NCBI GenBank assembly: GCA_031285625.1
Contig: JAITVV010000047.1
Coordinates: forward strand, 1-15,202
Direction of reading: 5' to 3'
Length of the DNA stretch: 15,202 bases
Source: Prevotella sp.
GTDB taxonomy: Bacteria; Bacteroidota; Bacteroidia; Bacteroidales; Dysgonomonadaceae
The stretch's first letter is position 1. Every line of letters starts with the position of its first letter. The translations under genes and the position numbers were made by a program. The notes under the pieces are model-generated. The model ran no database searches and had not been told where the DNA came from. It was given only the letters and a program-made list of their open reading frames with translations. This document shows positions 1 to 7,414 of the stretch, piece after piece.

Positions 1-261
1 AAAGGTACTTTCAATCTGACAGAGACCGGTGATACCTTTATCGATATGGAAGACTGGGGTAAAGGGATTATCTTTATCAATGGGAAGAATATCGGCCGCT
101 ACTGGCATGTAGGGCCACAACAGACACTTTATATCCCGGGAGTGTGGCTAAAGAAAGGAGAGAATGAAATCATTATCTTTGAGCAGCTGAACGACAAAAT
201 ACAGACAGAAGTCAGGACGACTAAAGTGCCTGTATTGACAAGATTAAGATCAAACAAATAA
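1..261 (+). CDS. GH35 beta-galactosidase, C-terminal part (5'-truncated by the window edge)
   Basis: Frame 1 is open from base 1 (KGTFNLTETGDTFIDMEDWGKGIIFINGKNIGRYWHVGPQQTLYIPGVWLKKGENEIIIFE). This matches the C-terminal galactose-binding-like domain of GH35 enzymes (DTF.DM..WGKG..NG.N.GRYW..GPQ.TLY.P..WLKKG.N). The ATG at 46 is internal. Confidence 0.92.
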   Translation, partial: KGTFNLTETGDTFIDMEDWGKGIIFINGKNIGRYWHVGPQQTLYIPGVWLKKGENEIIIFEQLNDKIQTEVRTTKVPVLTRLRSNK

Positions 262-614
262 CGCCGCCAATATCATAGACGGTAATCCGCGGACATCGGT
301 AGAGAACTTACCATGGATACACCCTTAATGGTCGACCTGGGACAAAACTATATACTCAAAGGCTTTATATACAGTTCTGTGGAAAAAGTATAGGCTGCCA
401 ATATTTACAAATATGATTTTTATGTAAGCGCCGACAGGAAGGACTGAATACAGGTGAAGAGCAGCGCTGTTTTCAACAATATCGCCAACAACCCTGTACG
501 GCAGGAGGTATTGTCCGATAAACCGATACCCGCTATATCAGGATAAAGCCGCTGGAGTCTGTAGGGGACAAGGATATTTATGCTATAGCCGAAATAGGAA
601 TTATTACACGATAA
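260..614 (+). pseudogene. Degraded F5/8 type C (CBM32/discoidin) domain, resembling the C-terminus of Bacteroidota GH29 alpha-L-fucosidases
   Basis: Manual translation across frames gives NAANIIDGNPRTSV / ELTMDTPLMVDLGQNYILKGFIYSSVEKV*AANIYKYDFYVSADRKD*IQVKSSAVFNNIANNPVRQEVLSDKPI / TRYIRIKPLESVGDKDIYAIAEIGIITR*. F5/8 motifs present: A.N.IDGN..T, VDLG, YVS.DG..W, RYIRI, AEI. In-frame stops at 391-393 (TAG) and 445-447 (TGA at the conserved Trp position); frameshifts near 300 and 528. Confidence 0.85.
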
Positions 615-640
615 ATACTTATATAATCAAAAAATATTAG

Positions 641-715
641 ATGAAAATGAAGAAACTGGTATCCATATTACTTCAGGGATGTTTTCCAGTGTATTCAAGA
701 ATAAAAAACATTTGA
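641..715 (+). pseudogene. Possible remnant 5' end (signal-peptide-like) of a deleted secreted-protein gene
   Basis: Reads MKMKKLVSILLQGCFPVYSRIKNI*, starting 26 nt after the previous relic's stop behind an A-rich leader. The MKK-hydrophobic start is typical of Bacteroidota signal peptides, but the fragment is too short to assign. Confidence 0.3.
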
Positions 716-732
716 AGAATAAATATCCGGAA

Positions 733-760
733 AGGATATAAATAATATTTTCTATATCCT
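733..760. repeat. Short inverted repeat (8-bp arms)
   Basis: AGGATATA (733-740) and TATATCCT (753-760) with a 12-nt AT-rich spacer, directly before the stronger hairpin. Confidence 0.4.
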
Positions 761-769
761 ATAAAATTT

Positions 770-802
770 AAAGCCTTATTCCCAACCCGAAATAAGGCTT
801 TT
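770..802. terminator. Probable bidirectional intrinsic terminator
   Basis: AAAGCCTTATT (770-780) and AATAAGGCTTT (791-801) form a perfect 11-bp stem with short T runs on both strands. It lies between convergent plus-strand and minus-strand gene ends. Confidence 0.7.
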
Positions 803-834
803 ATATAAGAGTATTATAATATTCATTAATTCAT

Positions 835-1146
835 TTATTCTATCACACAACGTACTGAGGAACCATATGCGAGATAATAGTTATTTACTGTGGAAATGCG
901 ACCATTATAGAAATATAAATTAGGAGACATGGTATTATTTGTATTAGTGCTATTCGAATAAGACCTAACTTTCGGTTTGATATTAATTCGAGTGTTGAAA
1001 AATCATGCGGAGGTGTGTCCCCACCCATTGTTACCTGGGCAGGAAGCTGTAGAGAAAAACAGACTGTCAACAGTAGGCTCAGTATCCATAACCGGTGTTT
1101 ACTCTCTTTCTCTCTCTAGGAAATATTGATTTGCGGTCAGTTTCAT
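835..1146 (-). pseudogene. Internally deleted, frameshifted secreted/surface protein gene (QVTxG...LELIS N-terminus joined to a Fib_succ_major/C-type-lectin-like C-terminus)
   Basis: ATG at 1146-1144 gives MKLTANQYFLERERE*. After a frameshift in the GA tract it continues SKHRLWILSLLLTVCFSLQLPA-QVTMGGDTPPHDFSTLELISNRKLGL (signal peptide plus a QVT.G....P...S.LELIS....GL motif seen in Bacteroidota secreted proteins). A different frame then gives SYSNSTNTNNTMSPNLYFYNGRISTVNNYYLAYGSSVRCVIE* (stop 837-835), ending in the G.SVRCV motif of Fib_succ_major/CLec-fold domains. Confidence 0.72.
1102..1118 (-). repeat. Interrupted (GA)n dinucleotide tract within the signal-peptide coding region
   Basis: The minus strand reads AGAGAGAGAAAGAGAG then TAA. 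Adding one AG unit joins ATG(1146) in frame to SKHRLWILSLLL. Confidence 0.7.
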
Positions 1147-1187
1147 AAATCATAAATCCGTCGTTTAATTTATAATATTTACTCTGG

Positions 1188-1195
1188 CAAAGGTA
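1188..1195 (-). promoter_or_regulatory. Bacteroidota housekeeping promoter -7 element for the minus-strand relic
   Basis: TACCTTTG matches TAnnTTTG, about 42 nt upstream of ATG 1146. The nearest TTTG (1225-1222) is further away than the canonical -33 spacing. Confidence 0.55.
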
Positions 1196-1397
1196 ATTGA
1201 TTATCACTCCTTTATTATATACAAATGTAGAACTAGAACTTTTAATATCGGGTATCCATTTTCTCACAAATTGTACTTGTTTCCGCCTTTTTTTTGACTG
1301 TTTTTCAAATTCCGGACTGATAGCCTAATTTACTTTTTTGGCCCGGATATGTCTCTTGTTAAGACAACAGACGTAGATAATAAGGTCTTGGAAAGAT

Positions 1398-1651
1398 ACA
1401 GTAACCGGGTCGGTCTGTTTTGGAAACCATATTGTTTTTAGTGCTGCGGACGGGTATATTTACGCAGTAAGCATTGAGAGTGGGAGAGTGGGCTGGAAAT
1501 ATCAGATAGGAGTTCCTGTATTCAGCTCTGTCGCCGTTTCCGGAAATTCATTTTTTGTGACGGATTTTGAGGTAGTATATACGCTTTTTCAACAAATAAT
1601 AAAGAAAATTTCGGAGACATTAAGTTCAGAACTTTTCAATCAAATGAATAA
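1398..1651 (+). pseudogene. C-terminal fragment of a PQQ-like (BamB-type) beta-propeller repeat protein
   Basis: TVTGSVCFGNHIVFSAADGYIYAVSIESGRVGWKYQIGVPVFSSVAVSGNSFFVTDF, then a frameshift at about 1570 to GSIYAFSTNNK... (stop 1649-1651). The blade motif DG..YA.....G...WK...G.PV.SS..V.G....V.D..G.IYAF is clear. There is no credible start, and an in-frame stop lies upstream at 1374. Confidence 0.8.
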
Positions 1652-2163
1652 GATTAGTACTATATCCGATGTATAATAATTTCTGTCGGATTACAATTTC
1701 CCCCATTTTCTGTATTCTTCGTGATGGGTAGAGAAGAAATTAAATACAATAAGTTGGAAATGAATAAGTTTCGAGTGTGAATGGATACCGTATTGAATAT
1801 GAGGTGAACTCATCTTTAAACTCTTTTCCGAAAAATCGTTCCGGTTCAGTTCGTAGAAATGTAAAATTAACTAATATACAGATATAAAGATTCAGATATG
1901 GTAATTAATTATATTTTGAAACGTGCTTTTACAGGCGGAAAGATTGGAATTAACCTGATGAATGTCGTAACGTCCCTATTCGGTAATGTGCAGGTAACCT
2001 TCAAGATGAACCCTAAAAAATCCGAATTTGGTTTTATCTATGCAGGCAGATTCAGAGAGATGAATATATATATCCTACCGGTTTCTTTCTGATAAAACCT
2101 ATAACTGATCACTTAAAATGAGATGATATTCATGGAATTTATCAGATGTATCAAATTGTTTAC

Positions 2164-2171
2164 TATATTTG
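2164..2171 (+). promoter_or_regulatory. Candidate -7 promoter element for the ECF sigma gene
   Basis: TATATTTG matches TAnnTTTG about 145 nt upstream of ATG 2315. There is no exact -33 TTTG, and the AT-rich context makes a chance match possible. Confidence 0.35.
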
Positions 2172-2314
2172 GTCTTTAAATGAAAAATATCACATACTTG
2201 CTGTTCTCCTGAATAAATTAGAAAATTTCGTTTACTATCTGTCAACCATGTTAAAGATAATATTTCGTTTATGTTGACGACTTCAATCATATCATTTTGT
2301 TATATACATAAAAG

Positions 2315-2887
2315 ATGGAAAGTCGCAGAATAGAAATAGATGAGAAAAGCCTCAGAGAATTATTTAATTTATATGTAATCCCCCTGACTGAATTCCTATC
2401 CTTTTATACAAGGAACAAGGAGGATATAGAAGATGTAATCCAGAACGTATTTATAAGAATATGGGAGGAAAGAAATCTTGTAGATATCTTTTATATAAAG
2501 ACATATCTATATAAAGCGGCCCGAAATCAGATCCTTACCCTACAAAGGAATCAGAAGAACAGGGAAGTATTGCTTGATAAATGGGCTAATGAACTGATAC
2601 AGGATATTGAAACGACAGACATCATAAACCGGGAAGAGTTTCAACTGCTATACTTGAAGGCAGTTGAGTCCTTACCCCCTAAATGTAAGGATATTTATGT
2701 ATTATGCAGAGAGGAAAAACTTTCTTATAAAGAAATATCAGAGTTAAAAGGTATCTCTGAGAAAACAGTAGAAAACCAAATGTCCATAGCCTTAAAAAAA
2801 CTGAAGGAATATTTAGTAACGTCCTATAACAAGGATGCTGCTACAATAGGTTTTATATGTGTTTATCTGATTAATGAATTAATTTAA
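2315..2887 (+). CDS. ECF RNA polymerase sigma-70 factor (FecI-like, Bacteroides expansion family)
   Basis: Region 2: EDVIQNVFIRIWE...TYLYKAARN. Region 4 HTH: LPPKCKDIYVLCREEKLSYKEISELKGISEKTVENQMSIALKKLK. Short hydrophobic C-terminal tail; adjacent to FecR. Confidence 0.96.
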   Translation: MESRRIEIDEKSLRELFNLYVIPLTEFLSFYTRNKEDIEDVIQNVFIRIWEERNLVDIFYIKTYLYKAARNQILTLQRNQKNREVLLDKWANELIQDIETTDIINREEFQLLYLKAVESLPPKCKDIYVLCREEKLSYKEISELKGISEKTVENQMSIALKKLKEYLVTSYNKDAATIGFICVYLINELI

Positions 2888-2896
2888 TTTTTCTTT

Positions 2897-2923
2897 TGGG
2901 GGTTTCCCTTCTATTAGGAGTCT
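2897..2923 (+). promoter_or_regulatory. Putative ECF-sigma-dependent promoter for fecR-susC-susD and downstream genes
   Basis: GGGGG (2898-2902) and GTCT (2920-2923) are 17 nt apart in the otherwise AT-rich 63-bp gap between sigma and anti-sigma. This fits a G-rich -35 / GTC -10 ECF promoter layout and is inferred from pattern only. Confidence 0.45.
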
Positions 2924-2950
2924 ATTTACCAAACAATAAATGGACCGGTA

Positions 2951-3955
2951 ATGGAAAACATAAACACCCCATATGATAAGATAGCGCTCTATCTGGCAAA
3001 AAAGCTTTCTGATACAGAGAGAGCATTAGTGGAAAGCTGGATAAACGAATCGGTCGCGAATAAAGCTTTATTCAATGAACTGAAAAATGAACTCACTTAT
3101 ATAGATGAGAAAGAATCTGTCATTATTGACTCGAAAAAGGTTTGGGGCAATATCCAATCCCATATACTTTCTACCTCTTCCCAATATACAAAATCTTCAA
3201 GCAGAGGACTAATCTTAAGAGTTGCATCTATTGCGGCATCCGTTGCATTGTTAGTCGGAGTATTTTCGTCATTATTTATCAAATCCACTATCGATAATAT
3301 AAATAGGGAGGAATTTATCACCGTTATAGAAACACCGTCTGGTCAAAAAACAAAAATGACCTTACCTGACCACACACAGGTATGGCTTAACTCGGAATCA
3401 AAACTTAGCTATACCAACAATTTTAATAAAGATAAACGCGAAATATATCTTGAAGGTGAAGCCTACTTTGAAGTAACAAAAAACACACATAAGGATTTCA
3501 TTGTAAACACTTCTGATGTAAAAGTTTTAGTTACGGGAACTTCTTTTGAGGTTTCAGCATATCAGGACGACCAGTATATAAACGTGTCTCTGGTAGAAGG
3601 GTATGTAAATATTATGGACATTAACGATCGCCTGCTATCTGGACTTGAAGCGAATGAAATGATCAAGGTTAATAGGTCAAACATGCAGTTTGCACTAACC
3701 AGGAAATTGAAGAATGTATTCCCGTTATGGACAAAAGAAGAATTGGTTTTCTATAATGAGGACCTGTTCACGCTGGCCAGAAAAATAGAGAGATGGTATG
3801 GTGTAGAGATAAAATTAATGAATCCAATTATTAATCAGAAATATACTTTTTCTGTTAAGACCGAATCATTGAGAGAATTATTGGATTCATTTAATAAAAT
3901 AACGCCAATAGATTATTCAATTAACGGAAAGGAGGTGACTATCAGCTGTAAATAA
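2951..3955 (+). CDS. fecR: FecR-family anti-sigma factor (FecR plus C-terminal DUF4974-type domain)
   Basis: N-terminal anti-sigma helices (LVESWINES..NK..F), a single TM segment (VASIAASVALLVGVFSSLFI), FecR motifs TLPDHTQVWLNSESKLSY, REIYLEGEAYFEV, VTGTSFEV and VSLVEG, and C-terminal W...ELVF......LARKIERWYGVEI. Confidence 0.96.
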   Translation: MENINTPYDKIALYLAKKLSDTERALVESWINESVANKALFNELKNELTYIDEKESVIIDSKKVWGNIQSHILSTSSQYTKSSSRGLILRVASIAASVALLVGVFSSLFIKSTIDNINREEFITVIETPSGQKTKMTLPDHTQVWLNSESKLSYTNNFNKDKREIYLEGEAYFEVTKNTHKDFIVNTSDVKVLVTGTSFEVSAYQDDQYINVSLVEGYVNIMDINDRLLSGLEANEMIKVNRSNMQFALTRKLKNVFPLWTKEELVFYNEDLFTLARKIERWYGVEIKLMNPIINQKYTFSVKTESLRELLDSFNKITPIDYSINGKEVTISCK

Positions 3956-4020
3956 AGAAGAAAACCCTAATACACATATTACCTAAGTTTTAATACCTAT
4001 AAAAAACAACATCACAAATT

Positions 4021-7000
4021 ATGCTAAGAAAAACGTATCTATTATGTCTGATACTATTCTTATACGCGTTTCAGACAACTGCTCAAAATGATAAGGATGT
4101 TAGTATTCAGCTAACTAATGCTCCTTTGACAGAGTTCTTCAAAGAAGTAAAAGAAAATCTGGGATATTCTTTTATGTACAGCAATGTAGATATAGATGAC
4201 AGTAGAAAAATATCTGTAAATATCCAATCTAACAATATAAGACAAGTATTAGATGAAGCACTCAAAGGATTACCTGTCAGTTATGAGATCGAATCTAATA
4301 ATAAAATAATACTTAAAAAGGCACCTGTAAAACAAATAAGTCAGAACCAGCCGGCAAGAACGGTTACAGGAACAGTAACCGACGATCGGGGAGAAACCAT
4401 TATCGGTGCAGTGATAATCGTAAAAGGTACCACAACAGGTACAACTACCGATATGGATGGGAACTATACTATTGAAGTAAATAAAGAAAGTGATGTATTA
4501 AGCTTTACGTATCTGGGATTCCAACCTCAAGATATGACCATCGGCAAACGCACAAAACTCAATATAGTAATGGTAGAGGCAACGCAAGCTCTTGATGAGG
4601 TTGTAGTTATCGGTTATGGGACATTGAAAAAAAGTGACCTTACCGCCGCTATCTCATCTGTAAATTCTCAGGATATTTCAACAAAGGCTGCTACAAATCC
4701 GGCATCAGCACTACAAGGGGTTGTCTCAGGTGTCAACGTCCTAAAATCAAGCGGACTTGCTGGAGCCGATGTGAGCGTAAAAATCAGGGGAGTAAATACA
4801 TTTGGTAGTAATGAGCCACTGTATGTAATTGATGGCTTCTTTGGTGATATCAACAATTTAAACCCCAATGATATAGAATCAATAGAAATATTGAAAGACG
4901 GGGCAGCTTCTGCTATTTATGGTTCAGTAGCTGCTAACGGAGTGGTATTGGTTACAACCAAGAGCGGCAAAGACGGTAAGATCATAGTGGATCTGAATTC
5001 TTATGCCAGTATAAGAGAAACAGCAAAACGACTGGATCTGTTGGATTCTGACGGATATCTGAAAGTACATAAAACAATGTTTGAAAATGCTGGAGAAGCC
5101 TTGCCGAGCTATATAACTAAACCGGGAAGAAATCCGGGTGATACTTCTTACAATACAAACTGGCAGGATGAAGTCTTCCGCACAGGAGTATCCCTTAATC
5201 AAAGTGTATCGGTCCGTGGAGGATTAAAAGATACAAAATTCAGCCTTTCGGGTAACTATACTGATGATAAAGGTATCCTTATTAATAACCAGTACACAAA
5301 ACATAATTTCAGGACAAAGGTTAGTACTAAAAAAAATATATTCTCTATAGACGCTACTATGGGCTATATGGCCAGCAAGGCTACAAAAGCCAATATTCCG
5401 ATTCTGGACGTATACATGATATCACCCCTGGTTCCTGTATATGACAATGAATCTAAAGAAGGATACGGATTAACCAATTCTTTCTGGTCCGATATGGCTA
5501 GTAATGTTAACCCGATTGCCAATACGGAAAATATAAATGGCTGGCAAAAAAGACAACATTTTGATGGTAATATTGCTGTTGGCGTAGATATTCTGAGAGG
5601 ATTAAATTACAGGATAAGCTATGGTTACAGAGGTAATAATTATCAGGACGTACTACATAAACGCAGTTTTACAGCAGACCCGAAAGCTCCGGTTGAATTT
5701 CCATCACAGGAAGAACAAAGGGGATTCTGGCAGGAACAGATACTTGATAATGTGCTGTCCTATAACAATAAATTTGGAAAACATTCTCTAAATGCAATGT
5801 TGGGATCTTCAATGAACAAGCAGCAATCAGATTGGACTTCAGTAAAGGTAGAAGGAAAAACAACTGTATACTCCATTGAGAATGGAAAAATAGTAATGGG
5901 GGATATTCCAGCCGGATTTGCGAACCAGGATTTTATGACTATACGTGCCGGAAGAGGGGGAACATTCTCCGGTGATGGTACAAAATATCAATATAACAGA
6001 ATGTCTTATTTTGGACGTTTAAATTATTCTTATGCAGACCGTTATTTAGTACAATTTACTTTCCGTAGGGATGGGTCATCTAAATTCGGGGCAGATAAAC
6101 GTTGGGGAAATTATCCGTCATTGGCTCTGGGTTGGAGGATAAACGAAGAATCTTTTTTCCCTGAAGCTACTTCAATATCTAACCTGAAGCTAAGAGCAAG
6201 TTGGGGCAGATTAGGAAATGAGGTTTACCTGGGTTATTACGACTCTCATGCCCTTATATCTACTGGAAATACCAACTGGTACGGATCCGTTCAGGGCACA
6301 GGTAATAATCCTTGGGCCGGCAGTATTGCTGCCGGGCTCGAAAACAGAGATTTACGTTGGGAAATGACAGAATCTATAAATGTAGGATTAGACTTCGGAT
6401 TCTTCAATAACAAGCTGAATGGTACTCTGAATTACTATAATAACAATACAAAAGATTTGTTGATTACCAGGAGACTGGCTCCCTCTGCCGGTCTTCAGAA
6501 TCCAACATTGAATGTTGGTGAAATGAGGAACTCCGGCTTCGAATTCGAGATAAACTTCGCTGACCGGGCAGGTGACTTTAAATATAATGCCGGACTAAAT
6601 ATGTCTTACCTGAAAAATGAAATGACCAAATTATCAGATGAAGGACAGATCTTATATGGATATGGACTTAACAGAGGTGATGCGCATAGGCCTAATGCGA
6701 CTATGACCGGGTACCCCATCGGTGGATTCTATCTGTACGAGATGGATGGTATTTTCCAGTCTGATCAGGATGTATCAGCACATGTGAACAGCAAAGGAGA
6801 GCTACTGCAAAAAAATGCAAAACCAGGAGATATCAGGTTCAGAGACGTAAATGGAGACGGGATAATCGATGAGAAAGATAAAACGCATCAGGGATCGGGT
6901 ATGCCCAAATTAGAAGCAAACCTCAGCCTGGGAGCATCATTTAAGAATTTTGATTTTTCAGCTCTTATCGGTAGTGGTTGGGGACATAAGTTATATAACG

Positions 7001-7398
7001 GAAACAGGTATTTCTTTGAAGGCATGCATCTGAAATCTAACTTCATGACCTCTACTCTTAACGCCTGGACTCCTGAAAATAAGAGTGCGACAATGCCTCG
7101 TGCCGTATTGGGAGATGATAATGGAAATACCCGCGAATCTACCAGATTCCTCGAAAAGGGAGACTTTATCCGTTTACGCCAGATACAACTAGGATATACA
7201 CTTCCTTCTAATATATCAAGAATGCTGAGAATTGATAATTTGAGATTCTATATCAGTGGTGAAAACCTACTGACATGGACAAAATATGATGGTATAGATC
7301 CTGAATTCTCTGTAGCAAATGCTACTGATACAGGGCTTGACAGAGAAATATTCCCGTTCACACGTTCCTATACATTTGGAATGCAGTTATCATTCTAA
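4021..7398 (+). CDS. susC: SusC/RagA TonB-dependent outer membrane transporter with N-terminal STN signalling extension (transducer)
   Basis: Signal peptide; STN-like domain (about aa 27-100); CarboxypepD_reg-like domain (VTGTVTDDRGETIIGA..GTTTDMDGNY); LDEVVVIGYGT; plug motifs IRGVNT..PLYVIDG and NPNDIESIEILKDGAASAIYGSVAANGVVLVTTK; RRDGSSKFG; NLKLRASWG; C-terminal Phe (GMQLSF). Confidence 0.98.
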   Translation: MLRKTYLLCLILFLYAFQTTAQNDKDVSIQLTNAPLTEFFKEVKENLGYSFMYSNVDIDDSRKISVNIQSNNIRQVLDEALKGLPVSYEIESNNKIILKKAPVKQISQNQPARTVTGTVTDDRGETIIGAVIIVKGTTTGTTTDMDGNYTIEVNKESDVLSFTYLGFQPQDMTIGKRTKLNIVMVEATQALDEVVVIGYGTLKKSDLTAAISSVNSQDISTKAATNPASALQGVVSGVNVLKSSGLAGADVSVKIRGVNTFGSNEPLYVIDGFFGDINNLNPNDIESIEILKDGAASAIYGSVAANGVVLVTTKSGKDGKIIVDLNSYASIRETAKRLDLLDSDGYLKVHKTMFENAGEALPSYITKPGRNPGDTSYNTNWQDEVFRTGVSLNQSVSVRGGLKDTKFSLSGNYTDDKGILINNQYTKHNFRTKVSTKKNIFSIDATMGYMASKATKANIPILDVYMISPLVPVYDNESKEGYGLTNSFWSDMASNVNPIANTENINGWQKRQHFDGNIAVGVDILRGLNYRISYGYRGNNYQDVLHKRSFTADPKAPVEFPSQEEQRGFWQEQILDNVLSYNNKFGKHSLNAMLGSSMNKQQSDWTSVKVEGKTTVYSIENGKIVMGDIPAGFANQDFMTIRAGRGGTFSGDGTKYQYNRMSYFGRLNYSYADRYLVQFTFRRDGSSKFGADKRWGNYPSLALGWRINEESFFPEATSISNLKLRASWGRLGNEVYLGYYDSHALISTGNTNWYGSVQGTGNNPWAGSIAAGLENRDLRWEMTESINVGLDFGFFNNKLNGTLNYYNNNTKDLLITRRLAPSAGLQNPTLNVGEMRNSGFEFEINFADRAGDFKYNAGLNMSYLKNEMTKLSDEGQILYGYGLNRGDAHRPNATMTGYPIGGFYLYEMDGIFQSDQDVSAHVNSKGELLQKNAKPGDIRFRDVNGDGIIDEKDKTHQGSGMPKLEANLSLGASFKNFDFSALIGSGWGHKLYNGNRYFFEGMHLKSNFMTSTLNAWTPENKSATMPRAVLGDDNGNTRESTRFLEKGDFIRLRQIQLGYTLPSNISRMLRIDNLRFYISGENLLTWTKYDGIDPEFSVANATDTGLDREIFPFTRSYTFGMQLSF

Positions 7399-7414
7399 CC
7401 TAAATACCAAAATA

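Noticed and set aside
885-1267. Track ORFs 885-1070 and 1079-1267 as real small proteins
   Set aside because: They are partial or off-frame readings of the 835-1146 relic and its promoter region.
1488-1676. 62-aa track ORF as an intact gene
   Set aside because: It starts mid-blade of a beta-propeller fragment and runs off-frame after about 1570.
2226-2278. Short repeats upstream of the ECF gene (TTTCGTTTA twice; GTCAAC...GTTGAC)
   Set aside because: Too short and AT-rich to separate from chance, and no cognate regulator is in view.
1898-2290. ORFs 1898-2092 (+) and 2099-2290 (-)
   Set aside because: No recognisable motifs in these short ORFs in AT-rich DNA. The first could be another relic but cannot be supported without a search.
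6844-6882. EF-hand-like DVNGDGIIDEKDK loop in SusC
   Set aside because: This is a common SusC feature and not unusual.
7319-7414. Track start of SusD at 7319
   Set aside because: It overlaps the susC 3' end by 80 nt and would bury the lipoprotein signal. ATG 7415 gives a canonical MKK...SAC leader.
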